Positions 46,139-64,000 of a DNA stretch of 64,000 bases are shown here, piece by piece. Origin of the DNA: the human T2T-CHM13v2.0 reference genome, Homo sapiens. The stretch's first letter is position 1, and each line of letters begins with the position of its first letter. The stretch lies in NCBI RefSeq assembly GCF_009914755.1, contig NC_060925.1; one strand, written 5' to 3'. The notes under the pieces were generated by a model, which was given only the letters and a program-made list of their open reading frames with translations, had not been told where the DNA came from and ran no database searches. The position numbers were made by a program, and so were the translations under genes.

Positions 46139-46268
46139 AAGAAAGGCTGGATGAGAATGATCAGCTTTATCAGGAGTTTTTGCAAGTACCGCAGATTTAT
46201 GTTGAATCCTAGTAAGCGCCAGGAATTTGAAGACTATCTTCACCAGGAAATGCAAAATAGCAAGGAAA
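46139..46268 (+). CDS. RGSL1: RGSL1 exon H (KKGWMRMISFIRSFCKYRRFMLNPSKRQEFEDYLHQEMQNSKE)
   Basis: Acceptor ctttctttccccag| and donor GAAA|gtaagt. 130 nt, phase 0-1. Confidence 0.9.
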
Positions 46269-48022
46269 GTAAGTAATTTCTGTATTTACCCCCACTCCCT
46301 GTTGATATTTTAGCCATGAGGGTCAGCCCACATAAGAAGCTTATTGCTTTGTGTCATGCCTGCGGCAGCCTGGATTCTAGCAAAAAAACCCAGGTCCTGT
46401 GTGCAAAGCCAGGCCCAGGCCTTCCTAGAGAGGATGCAAGACCAGAGGCCTCTGCTTAAGGAGCCAGCAAGGGTAGGGAATAAGTAACCTAAGGTACTGC
46501 AAAATCTCACATTTTACAAAATAATTTCCTTATGTTTTTGAATTTGCTCTTTAAAAATTATTTTCAAAATTTTTCTGCTTATAAATTAATACATGCTGTT
46601 AATAAAGAGGTAATAAAAATTGCAGAAATATATAGTATAGAAGTGAAAGTCCCTCAAGAGATAACATTGTTAATGCTTGTAAACCTACCTCCTAATTATT
46701 TTTCTGTATATGTATCTTAATATTTACTTTTCCCACAAAATTGATGCCACATATTTGATTTGTAACTTGCTTCTTTTTTTTTTTTTTTTTGTTCAACAAT
46801 GTATCTTGGACATCATTTTATGTCAGTACACATATATCTGCCTTGTTTTTGACTGCCATAAAATGTCCATTATATGGATTAATTCAACAGCTTCACTCAT
46901 TCATTCATTCATTTAACACACGTTTTGAGAATCTACTATGAGGCAAGCAGTTTGCCAGGTGATGGAGATACAGTAGTGAACAGTAGTGAGCCTGCAGCAG
47001 AGGATCTGCCCTGTGGCACCTACAGATTTCAAACAGAAAATACAAGCCACAGATGTTGGAGCCGGAGTGCCTAGATTTGAATCTGTCACTTCCTAGTTGA
47101 AGGACCTTGGGAAAATTACTTTGTATCTCCATTTTCTCATCTATAGAATGGGAATGAGAATTGTTTCTATTTCACAGGGTTATTAGAACTATGCTTGGCA
47201 ATAGCACATGCTATAAGAGGGTTAGCTAGTGTTACTGCTATTATTATATAATTGTGATGAGTGATCCCGGCGATAATTGCAGGGAGATCCTATTAGTCAA
47301 GGCAGGAGGGCCAGAGAAAATGTCTCCTAGAAAATGACATAAAGTTGAGTTTTCAGAAATGACCAAGTTAGGTAGGTGGGATGGGAGGAGAGTGATTTCT
47401 AGGTATGCACAGAATCATAAAATAAGAAAGAGGACTGTGCAATTCAAAAACTGCCATCAGGCCAGTTGGACTAGAGATTAATGAGATGGGGCAAATGCTT
47501 GAGATGAGACTGGAAGGATAGGCGGTGACAAATCATGACTCTCTTGATGACATTTGGGTTGTTCCAACTTTCACTTAAACAATGCTGCAAAAGATACATA
47601 TTTTGCAATTGTGTGTTTCTATGAAACAAGTTCCTTAAAATGGGAATGATGGGTAAATGGTTAAAAACAGTTAAATTTTGGCCCTCCAAAAACATTCATT
47701 GCAGTAATTTAAACTCTTGCCAACCATATAAACTAGTGTCTGGTTCCTCGCATTCTCATCAACAGTGTGTTGTACATTTTAAAAACTGCCAACCTGGTAA
47801 ATGAAAAATAATGTGCCAGATAGTCTATTCTTATTTATACTTCTTTAGGAGTTGAGCATCTTTATTTATTGGCCATTTGTATTCTTTCTTGAATGTTTAT
47901 GCCCTTTGTCTATTTTTCTATTGGTATTTTAATATCATTTATTTTAATTTGAAAAAAGTTTGTATTATCTTTTATGAACTGTTTCACAATAAAATATTTT
48001 GGCTTCAATAATAGTTCTAGCA

Positions 48023-48320
<298 letters not shown>

Positions 48321-50059
48321 CTAGATCTTTTGTTTCTTCTTTTAAATAAAACCAGCTCAAGCCCTCATGCCCCAGAATGGTAGGAAGTCCTGTTTCATCA
48401 TTCTTTGACTTTCCACTTCCCCAACATTATGTGAGAACCCAAGAACTATACTTATCCAATTTAATAGGAGGTCTACCTGACTTCCAATTCCCCTTAGATG
48501 CAGGGAAGAGCTTGTGACACTCAGCCTGCCACTGGTCTAAGTTCTTTTATTTGAAATATAGCATACTTATAAGTGACTATATGAGCAGCTGAATACCCAT
48601 CATCCAAGCCAAGAAATAGAAAATGGCATAACTCAGATGACACCTGGTGCCCCTCTTCAATAGAACTCCCCCTTTACCCATCACAGATGCAACCCCTATC
48701 TTGAACACAAGCATTTATTTTACTATTGCCTTTTAAAATGTACATGTGTTTTCATACTCTTTCTATAGTTTCCTGCCTCAAACAAACTTTGATTCCCATT
48801 GGAACTTCCACTCCATTAATCTTACTGATTTTCTTAAGCCAGAGTGTGTGTGTGTTTGGTATCTGAGAAAACAGAAGCAATCAAAAGAGGAGTTTTACAG
48901 CTTCCCTCCTCTGAATCACTTGGTCAGCCTCCTCTGTATTCACAGGCTCTGGTCACTGAGTAGGCTGCCTGTCCTTTTCTCCTAGGGAAGCATCCAGACC
49001 CTCATCTACTCAAGGGCATTCATCCATTTTTGCTTATTCTCCTGCATCATTTTTATTTTCTCTACTGGATTACTCAATCGGCACCAAATATGGCATAGTG
49101 CCTCTCAACCAAAAATTAATAATAATTTCTCCCTGATTCTACATTCCCCTCAAATTATCTGGCACATTTGTCTGTTTCCCTTTTGAACAAAAATCCTCAA
49201 GAGTTATGCATTCTTGCTGCTTTGTTTTCTTTTCTTCCCGTTTATTTTTAAATTACTTTTTAGAATCAGTTTTTAAGCTACAATTTTATACAGTAAAATT
49301 CACTAATTTTAATTGTGCAATTTGATGAATGTAAGTATCTCTGCCATCATGATATAGAATACTTGCTTCATCACAAGAAATTCCTTTATGTGTCTTTTTA
49401 ATCAACACCCTCCCCGCTCCACTACTACTCTCTGGTCTGGCAACAACTGACCTGCTTTCTATTACTACAGTTTTATCTTTTAAAGAATTTCATATAAATG
49501 GAATCAAGCAGTAGTCTTAATGCATGCATGCAATAGTCTTTTGTGACCAGCTTCTTTTACATAGCATGATGCTTTTGAGATTCGTCTATGCTATTGCATA
49601 TATCAGTAACTCATTCCTTTTTATTGCTGGGTAGTATTCCATTATACCATAGCACAATTTGTTTATTCATTCACCAATTGTTACATATTGGGTTGATTTC
49701 ACTTTGGGGCTGTTATGAATTACCCTGCTATGAATATTCAAGCAGAAGTATTTGCATGGACATATGTTATTTCTTTTGGGTAAATATCTGAAAGTAGAAA
49801 TGCTGGGTTATGTGGTAAGTATATGTTAAACTTTATAAGGAATTGCCAAGCTGTTTTCCAAAGTGATTGTACCATTTTTGCATTTTCACCACTGATGTAT
49901 GAAAGTTTCAACCGTTCCCCATCCTCACCAACCTTTGGTATTATCTGTCTTTTTAATTTTAGCCATTCTAGAGGGTATGTAATAGTATCTTGTTTTAGTT
50001 TAATTTTTATTTTGTCTGGTGACTAATGATGTTGAGTATGTGTTCATGTGCTTGCTTGA

Positions 50060-50405
50060 CATATTAGTCCATTTTCACACTGCTAATAAAGACATACCCA
50101 AGACAGGGAAGAAAAGGAGGTTTTAATGGACTCACAGTTCCATGTGGCTGGGGAGGCCTCACAATCATGGCAGAAGGCTAGGAGGAGCAAGCCACATCTT
50201 ACGTGGATGGCGGCAGGCAGAGAGGAGCTTGTGTAGGGAAACTCCCCTTTTTAAAACCATCAGATCTCGTGAGACTTATTCACTATCATGAGAACAGCAC
50301 GGGAAAGACCTGCCCCCATGATTCAATTATCTCCCACCAGGTTCCTCCCACAACACATGGGAATTCAAGATGAGATTTGGGTGAAGACACAGCCAAACCA
50401 TATAA
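50060..50405 (-). mobile_element. THE1A/B-like solo LTR nested in L1
   Basis: attagtccattttcacactgctaataaagacatacccaagac...gacacagccaaaccatat. Confidence 0.88.
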
Positions 50406-50604
50406 TTTGCCATACATACAGTGCATTTTTTAGTGAAGTGTCTGTCCGTATCTCTTGCCCATTTTTAAAAAACTTTGTTGTCTTGGACTTAATTGGGTTA
50501 TAAGAATTCTTTATATAATCTGGATATATTTTTGATGGACATATTTTGAAAATATATCTCTCAGTTGATGGCTTGCTTTTTGATTTTTTAAGTAGTGTCT
50601 TTTG

Positions 50605-50942
50605 AAGATCCAAAATCTGAAATCCTCCAAATTCCAAAACTTTCTGAGTACTGATATGACACCACAAATAGAAAATTTCACACCTAACCTCACGTAACAG
50701 GTTGCAGTCAAAATGCAGGGAGGGGCACAATACAAAATTTATTCAGTGTCCCCAAGGAAAAAAATAAAATTACCTTAAGTCTATATGTATAAGGAGTATA
50801 CAAACATAAATAAATTTCGTGTTTAGATTTGGGGCCCATCCCCAAAATGTCTCATTGTGTGTATGCACATATTCCAAAAATCCAAAATCTGAAACACTTC
50901 TGGTCCCAAGTATTTCAGATAAAGTATATTCAACCCATAGTA
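50605..50942. mobile_element. Tigger4/MER46-like DNA transposon remnant
   Basis: Ends ...ccaaaatctgaaacacttctggtcccaagtatttcagataaagtatattcaacc, the Tigger4-type terminus. Confidence 0.7.
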
Positions 50943-51723
50943 TAAGAACCTTAAAATAGGTTTCCAGACGTTGTAAATTTTATCTTTTTAGGTGTTGGAT
51001 ATTTTTGTCTTCCTATAAAATATGCCTGAACTTTGTTCTGGGATACAGTTAAGTTACTCGAAAACAGTTTTATTCTTTTGGATCTTCTTTTTATGATTGG
51101 TTAAGTGAATCCAGAGCCATGTTATTTGTATGGCTATTCTCCACTACTGAGGTAAAACCTTCCCTGGTATTCTACTAGATTCCTCATAAATTATGAGTTT
51201 TTCTAGTCTCTCGGTGGAAACAGGCACTATTTCTGCTTCTGTGTGAGCACCAAGGACCGTTCTTTAATGCTTTCAGATCCCCTACCCTCAAGCTTTGGGT
51301 ACTTCCTTCATATCTTGAGCTGGTCAGCACTCTGCTGAGTACTTGAGGGAACCTCTGCAGATTTCCAGGTTCTCCCTCTCCTCTTTGAACTCTGTCTTGT
51401 AAACTCTAGCCACATTGGTCTCACTGGACTCTCAGGTCCATCTCCTTAATTCAGAGAGTCCACTGAACTTGACCTGGGTTTTCCCTCCCTGACTGTGGAA
51501 TGGATCCTACCTCAAGGTGGTAAAGTGGGGCAAGAGTAGGGCTCACTCATTTTTCCCAAGTCTCAGTGATCACTGTCCTTAATTCTCTGACAGTCAGTGT
51601 CTTAAAAACTGTTTCAATATATTTTGTCTGATTTTTAAAAATCGTTTCGGAAGGGAGGATAAATCCAGTTCTTGGTACTCTATCTTGGACAAAAGTGGAC
51701 GTTCCGATAAAAAAGTTTCAGCA

Positions 51724-52028
<305 letters not shown>

Positions 52029-52119
52029 TTAGTAACTGTAGCCAAGTTAGAATGATCATCCTGACTGTAATGTAGGGAATATACTACACAAAAGCAAAAT
52101 TAAGTGTAGGAAGCACAGT

Positions 52120-52300
52120 CAGGGCTGGAACTAGGGTAAGGCAAGGGAGGCATATAACACACAAAAATTAAGGAGGCACTGACTGTCAGGCTCATGCAGA
52201 TGCCAACCCCGTACTTGTAACATGTTGATAGTGAATGCTTCCTTAAACTGTGTCCTAGGCACCTCCCTCACCTTAGCAGGTCAGGGACCTAGTCCTGACC
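52120..52300. mobile_element. MER96-like palindromic hAT MITE
   Basis: cagggctggaactagggtaaggcaagggaggca...ttaaggaggcact pairs with tgcttccttaa...cctccctcacct...ctagtcctgacc. Confidence 0.6.
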
Positions 52301-52475
52301 CCGAGAACACTTAAGCGGCTTTTGGAACAAATGAAAGATGATGATGCTTTAAACAAATGTCACTGCAAGAAAGACCAATAGTAGATACATTTGAAATATA
52401 TTTAGAAAGTAGAATCAACAGCATTTGGTGACTAATTGGATGTGGAAAGAGGAAGAAGTCAAATATGATTCCCAG

Positions 52476-52672
52476 GTAATAGTGAGCTGGAGCTGCTCAT
52501 ACTGATTGGTAAGAGCCAGCTGTTAAATATCCTGAAATTTTGTGAGCTACTCAACAAATGTCAGTAGCCAAAAATCTATTACAGTGAGAATATTTACTAT
52601 CTAAATCAGTGAATAATACAAATTAGGTCTCCCCCTCTACCACCAGAGCCAGTTTACAAGCATCCCATGGCT
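52476..52672. mobile_element. MER63-like hAT remnant
   Basis: gctggagctgctcatactgattggtaagagccagctgttaaatat...ccagagccagtttacaagca. Confidence 0.5.
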
Positions 52673-53724
52673 TCCAGGTTTATTTGGTGAATTTATCACC
52701 CTCTTTTCCCAGAATCCCTAACCATCATATCAATTTCCACTGTTATCTAGACTTTTTTTCCCTTCAAACTCAAGTCTAAGAGAGAAAGATTGAAAGATAG
52801 TAGGAAAGGGATCTTACGTCTTATTCAGTATGGTAACCCTAGGGTCAAGCACAGTGTCTGAGACATGACAAGTGCTAGGTATTTATGGACTCTTGTAGTT
52901 ACCCTCCCATTCTATATACAACACTAAACCAAAAGGAAACCCACCTACACCATAGGGAGCACCACACCCACTTCAATAAATCCTGAACAGCACTCCAGAA
53001 TAAAGGATTTGCAGGCAGAATGGTAAATTCTAGAGCCAGATTAGACATTTTTCTGAAACCAGCCAGATAACTAACTAGGGTCCATTTGTCAGATCCAGCC
53101 CATACCTGTTCTTTTCTCAGACCTGAATCCCTACGAATAGATGTCTTTGCATATAATCTAGTCAAGAAACTTTCTAAAGGAAGCATTCTATTTTTCTGAC
53201 ACACAATCCAAATCTTCTAGTGGCTCTTGTGCTCTCCTTTACTCGTTAGTCTCTTCTGTACTCTAGCTTTCTACCCTCAGTTTCCTTAGTAAACTTCTTT
53301 ACTCTTGATATTTTGACTTTTTCTTTGTGCTGCTTTCCTCATTTGCTCCTAAATTACTTCCTGATAAAACTTGAGTAAGCATCATCAGTGTTACACACTC
53401 CATTTGGAAGGTCACATCTCGTGTTTCATTTTCAGTCTCTGCAGAAACCTTAGGGATTAGCGTAACTGTGGTGTGCTTCTATTTCTATTAGATAAGCACC
53501 TTCGGTGCTCAGTTGACTTGTGTTTTATGTGTGTTGTCATACTATCTGAGTAGATGACTTTTTCAAGTCCAAGTAAAAGGTTGAGCCCAATGGCAGTAAG
53601 TGACTATTTCAATAGGCCAAAAGGATGGATCCACAGTCTCCTTTCTTCTTTTTGTTATGCCCAGGTTGAGGGTAAGAGTGACTTGATCAAACAAAATTGT
53701 AATTCCTTCTTCTTTCTCTCTCAG

Positions 53725-53899
53725 ATTTCACCACAGCACACAACACATCGGGACGTTCAGCTCCACCCTCCACAAATGTCCGGAGTGCAGACCAAGAGAA
53801 TGGAGAAATAACCCTTGTAAAGCGTCGTATATTTGGCCACAGGATTATCACTGTCAACTTTGCGATCAATGATCTATATTTCTTTTCTGAAATGGAGAA
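53725..53899 (+). CDS. RGSL1: RGSL1 exon I (NFTTAHNTSGRSAPPSTNVRSADQENGEITLVKRRIFGHRIITVNFAINDLYFFSEME)
   Basis: Acceptor tctttctctctcag| and donor AGAA|gtaagt. 175 nt, phase 1-2. Confidence 0.9.
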
Positions 53900-54439
53900 G
53901 TAAGTTTTCCACTTCTCCTTCTTCTGCCCTGAAAATGACTTTTCATCCTTAGGACTGCCCAGCAGAAACTGGCTTGATCTGTTAGAGATACAGTGATTTC
54001 AGACCTGTCCAGTAAGAGTCTCTCCTTCTGAAAATCTTACTGAATGCTGCCACTCAATTGATTTCCACCTTTCTTTTCTTTGGGTGCTAAAAGCTCTTCA
54101 GTATTCCAGAAATTCCACTGTTAAAATGCAGTTACTTAGTCCCAGAAAAGGGAGCATGTTTTTCTCCATTATTTACAAATTTGAAAAAGTCCTATTATAT
54201 AACACCATGAGACCAATATTCTTTAGTCAAAGCCAGGAATTATAATAATACAAATTGTGTGTGTGTCTGTATGACATTAAACAGATATTTTTAAGTTAAG
54301 ACATATTAGTGTATATTAATTCACCTGTCAATTTTGTTTCACCTGTCAAATTTTTTATGTAAAGCCAAAGTCAATCCACAATGGGAGGTCTGTAAATTTT
54401 TCTTGTATAGACTATACCCCAAAAGCTGTCTATTAATTT

Positions 54440-60168
<5,729 letters not shown>

Positions 60169-61058
60169 AACAACACTTTTTTAAAAAGCTACTTGCCTTC
60201 ATTAGAATTTCCAAAACATTCTAACTTGTTTTCATAGAAATAATAACTTTTCTTTAATGTTCATATTTTATCAGTTTTCACAAGTTACTAATTATAGCAA
60301 TTATAGTTACTAATTATCTTTACAATAGGGAAAGATACTTGGGAAGCAACACACCTCCTGGTACACATTCACTTCTGCTAGTTTGAGAAAGATGAGAATG
60401 TACTAAAGGTGTACCACTAATCTATGCAGTCAGCATGTCATGGGCATCAGTCAGTGTGTTTTTCAAAAATGTAGACACCTGATAATTCATGCATCAGTTA
60501 GAAGAGTTTGGTTAAGAGATCTTCTACTCACCCCAGTGATGGATTTAGCTCATTTCCACAGATGCTTGTTGATTGCTCACTCTTTACTGAACACCGGTTT
60601 TGACATTGGATATACAAAAAACAACTATGACGTGCTCTCTATTTCTAAGATCCCACAAACTAATGAGGATGGCAGAAAAGACACAAACAAAAGTTAGGAA
60701 GTGTCTCAGGATGATAGGTGCTATGGGAGAATCAGGCATAGGAAGTGTATTTAGACAACAGTAAGTCCTCAGGTATGGTTTCTTGGGAGACCCAAAATTC
60801 TTGGGTAATCTAAGCTAAATTTTGAAGGAAGAGTAGAGGTTAGTCAGATAATAAAGGATGTAGGGGGAGGTAATGGAGGAGCAGAGGGAGATACTAGTCA
60901 GAGTGAATAGCCTCACCTGCTGCTGCTCCGATTCCCACCACATTGCGTCTTCTTCCTTGCTTGACCTCTACAAACTATTCTCTGTATAGCAACCAGCGTA
61001 GCCTATTAAAAACATAAACCAGACTAGATTATTCTCCTGCCTAAAATGTTCCACTGGC

Positions 61059-61413
<355 letters not shown>

Positions 61414-61794
61414 CTACAGGAGTGGGACCTGCCTGCATCTCAGGGCTTGCCTCAGGTCAGCACAGGAGAGGGAAGAGCAAGATAGTCCTTAGGCCTTGAA
61501 GTCATTAGAGGTGCAATGCTGTAGGGCCAGAATGGGTAAAGGAGGGAAGGTGGGATAAACAAGGGGGTTTGTGGTGAAGACATTCACTTGAAGGGGCACT
61601 TAACATGTTATCTGACCTGTGATAAGTGCTCAGTATTTGCCAATGGATGAATTATGACTGAATGAATAAAGTCACAACCTGGCCTAGAACTGGCCTTGCG
61701 TTTTTTGGGCCAGAAATGAGTCTAGGCTGGGTGCCTTGTTAGTCACTGTTTTCATCTTCTCCTCCTGATTTCCTACTTCACATTTCTTTTTTAG

Positions 61795-61933
61795 ATTTAA
61801 TGATCTGGTCAGTTCAGCCCACATGCTGCAGGTCAACCGGGCATATAATGAGAATGATGTGATCCTAATGCGGTCCAAAATGAACATTATCCAAAAACTC
61901 TTCCTGAATTCTGACATCCCTCCAAAGCTGAGG
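61795..61933 (+). CDS. RGSL1: RGSL1 exon J (KFNDLVSSAHMLQVNRAYNENDVILMRSKMNIIQKLFLNSDIPPKLR)
   Basis: Acceptor tttcttttttag| and donor GAGG|gtaaga. 139 nt, phase 2-0. Confidence 0.9.
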
Positions 61934-62177
61934 GTAAGAAAGACTCCCACTCCACTCTGGCCTTTCACCAAGAAGCATTTCCCCCACAAGGACAATTAGA
62001 AAGCTAATTGTCAGGCACCTCATAAGTCCTGGCTAACTACATATCCTTTACCTAGCAACTCCATGAAAACCGTATGCCTTTTGGAGAGGGGGTGGTCATG
62101 GGGTTCTGGGGGCCAGGAGAGGTTTTCTGCCTTCCCGTGGAGCCTCTGCCAGTGACAGGCTCCCACTCTGTGGGTAG

Positions 62178-62302
62178 GTGAATGTCCCTGAGTTCCAGAA
62201 GGATGCCATCCTTGCTGCCATCACAGAGGGCTACCTAGATCGGAGCGTCTTCCATGGGGCTATCATGTCTGTCTTCCCCGTTGTTATGTACTTCTGGAAA
62301 AG
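62178..62302 (+). CDS. RGSL1: RGSL1 exon K (VNVPEFQKDAILAAITEGYLDRSVFHGAIMSVFPVVMYFWKR); the gene continues beyond the window
   Basis: Acceptor ctgtgggtag| and donor AAAG|gtaact. 125 nt, phase 0-2. The LR|VNVP junction resembles the RGS 'INID' loop. Confidence 0.87.
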
Positions 62303-63559
62303 GTAACTGTTTCTCCTTATTCAGTGACTGTTAGGTCAGGAAAACACACTTAGTTTGGAGAGAGTTTTCTGCCTTCCTCTAGCACTCTGTTTCGTAGTTT
62401 CCAGTTTCTAGGGGGAACTAAGATGGTGTTTTCAAAATCCTATTCACCTCACTCCATCCCTCACACAGAACACCAAACACTGAATCCACAGATGGAAGGC
62501 AGAGTAAGACTGAGAGCCAAACGCCTGGTTTCCCACCCCTCCTCTTTCTATGCTTGCTTGGAGCAAGAATGTGAGGTTTTCTTAGGCCTGGGTTTCTCAC
62601 AAGAAGGTAAGAGTGAACCACAGCCCCTTGGGGAGAAATTCTGTCAAGACTAACACAACTGCTTGTGCTTAAGAAGCTACATGAAGAAAGTAAGCCAGAA
62701 GTGTTTTGCTCTGTTATGCCCAAATCCCCAGAATTACCACTGAGGGAGCACAGTTGCTAGATACTCCAATTATCAAGAGGAGCTAGACATTGAAATGTGT
62801 ATTTCATCTCTCCCAAGGTTAAAGTGGCAAATATGGCAACTAACAAAACTAAAACATGGTGAAGAAACTGTGAAGGCCAAAAACCAAAAATGAAACAAGC
62901 AAAATATATGCAGATATTTTGTGGCCAAATGCAATCTGTGGCCCACTTGTTTCTAACCTGTCCTGTAGAGATTTGGCCTGAGCCGTCCCAGCTGGTTATT
63001 TATTCCTGTGGTCTGCCAGAGTTCCAGCTCATATCTTCCACATGGTGAATGGCAGTGCCTTGGGTGGTAGTGACCAGAGGACACCTGGCTGAAATGTTCC
63101 CAGACAAAGCTAATCAGGACACTTAGATTATCATGTGACTTGGACTCTTAGAAGTTCCCATCTTCCACCAAAAAAAAAAGTTACTTTATTAAAATAGAAG
63201 TGTGAAATTGCTTACCAATCTCTCACCTTTATTTTAAAATCCTTGAGATAATAAACTATTTAATACAGAACCAAGAGAAGTACAAAAATCTAAGTTCAAG
63301 ACAAGCAATTTAACCTTTTGAACATCAAATGTTGTCTAGAACTTAACTCTAGTTCTCCTAGCAAGGACTAAGTAGATATTCACCCAGAGACTTTTGGAGG
63401 GATTGGGAACCTCTGGGAAATATATGCTTCTCTTGAATGAGCCAGTGTTTAGCTGTCTCCCATGTGCTTAGAAAAATGAGACATGCTTTAGGGATTCTTT
63501 GGATTCCTGTTCCTCCTGCAGTTTCTTTACTTACTTTCCTACATACTTACAAAGAAATT

Positions 63560-63765
63560 TATGTTATGCAAACTGTGTTTACATATATTATCTTAAACGA
63601 ACCTCTCCACAACCCTACACAGTGGGTGGGGAGGAGTATTATTATCCCTGTTTTACAGATGAGGAGACTGAGGTTCAGAGTGGTTGAGGGACTTGCCTAG
63701 AATCACTTGGTAAGTGGTAAAACCAGCATTAGAAACCAGGTCTCTTGGTCTCTCATCACCATAAA
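63560..63765 (-). mobile_element. MIR
   Basis: attattatccctgttttacagatgaggagactgaggttcagagtggttgagggacttgcc. Confidence 0.8.
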
Positions 63766-64000
63766 TAATGCATGTGCGGCATACTGGGAGGTCCACTGGG
63801 GAAGGAGACCCAGTTCAGCAAGTGAAATGGGAAAAGCCTATTGAGATAGAACAGACTGTCCCTCAAGGAGAGGGGAGGAGGGCAGCAGGCAAAACCACCA
63901 GATCCAAAATGCCATAGAAAATAAATTCAGTCTTAGCCAAGATTGACCTCCAAGGGATCCAATCCAAGGACTGGTTGAAGGTAGGGATAACAAGGGGCTT

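Larger units (their letters stand above)
49250..51715 (-). mobile_element. L1M fragments (3' end about 49250-50600, 5'-type region about 50945-51715)
   Basis: L1MB-like 3' UTR (gaatttcatataaatggaatca...ggaattgccaagctgttttccaaagtgattgtaccatt). Confidence 0.7.

Overview
Human (primate) genomic DNA, repeat-rich and AT-rich, with no prokaryotic features. Eleven coding exons on the + strand splice in frame to about 500 aa (1502 nt) from the middle to C-terminal part of an RGS-domain protein that I recognise as RGSL1 (chr1q25). The gene starts before and continues after the window. The peptide contains a degenerate RGS box (exons at 41048-44387) and a probable second, split RGS22-like box (46139-62302). 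The exon at 6594-6701 ends in a non-canonical GC donor that opens a 28.8-kb intron built almost entirely of nested, mostly antisense retroelements: an ERVL/LTR16 provirus, several L1M elements, a MER50-type ERV1 provirus with an open Gag capsid frame, a full-length SVA_F-like element and many Alus. Other notable items are a young 5'-truncated AluYa5 with a perfect TSD, three THE1 LTRs with intact DUX4-type motifs and three template-switch rearrangement scars. I found no convincing new biological system. The findings are locus-level hypotheses. Repeat subfamily names come from recalled consensus sequences and their boundaries are approximate.
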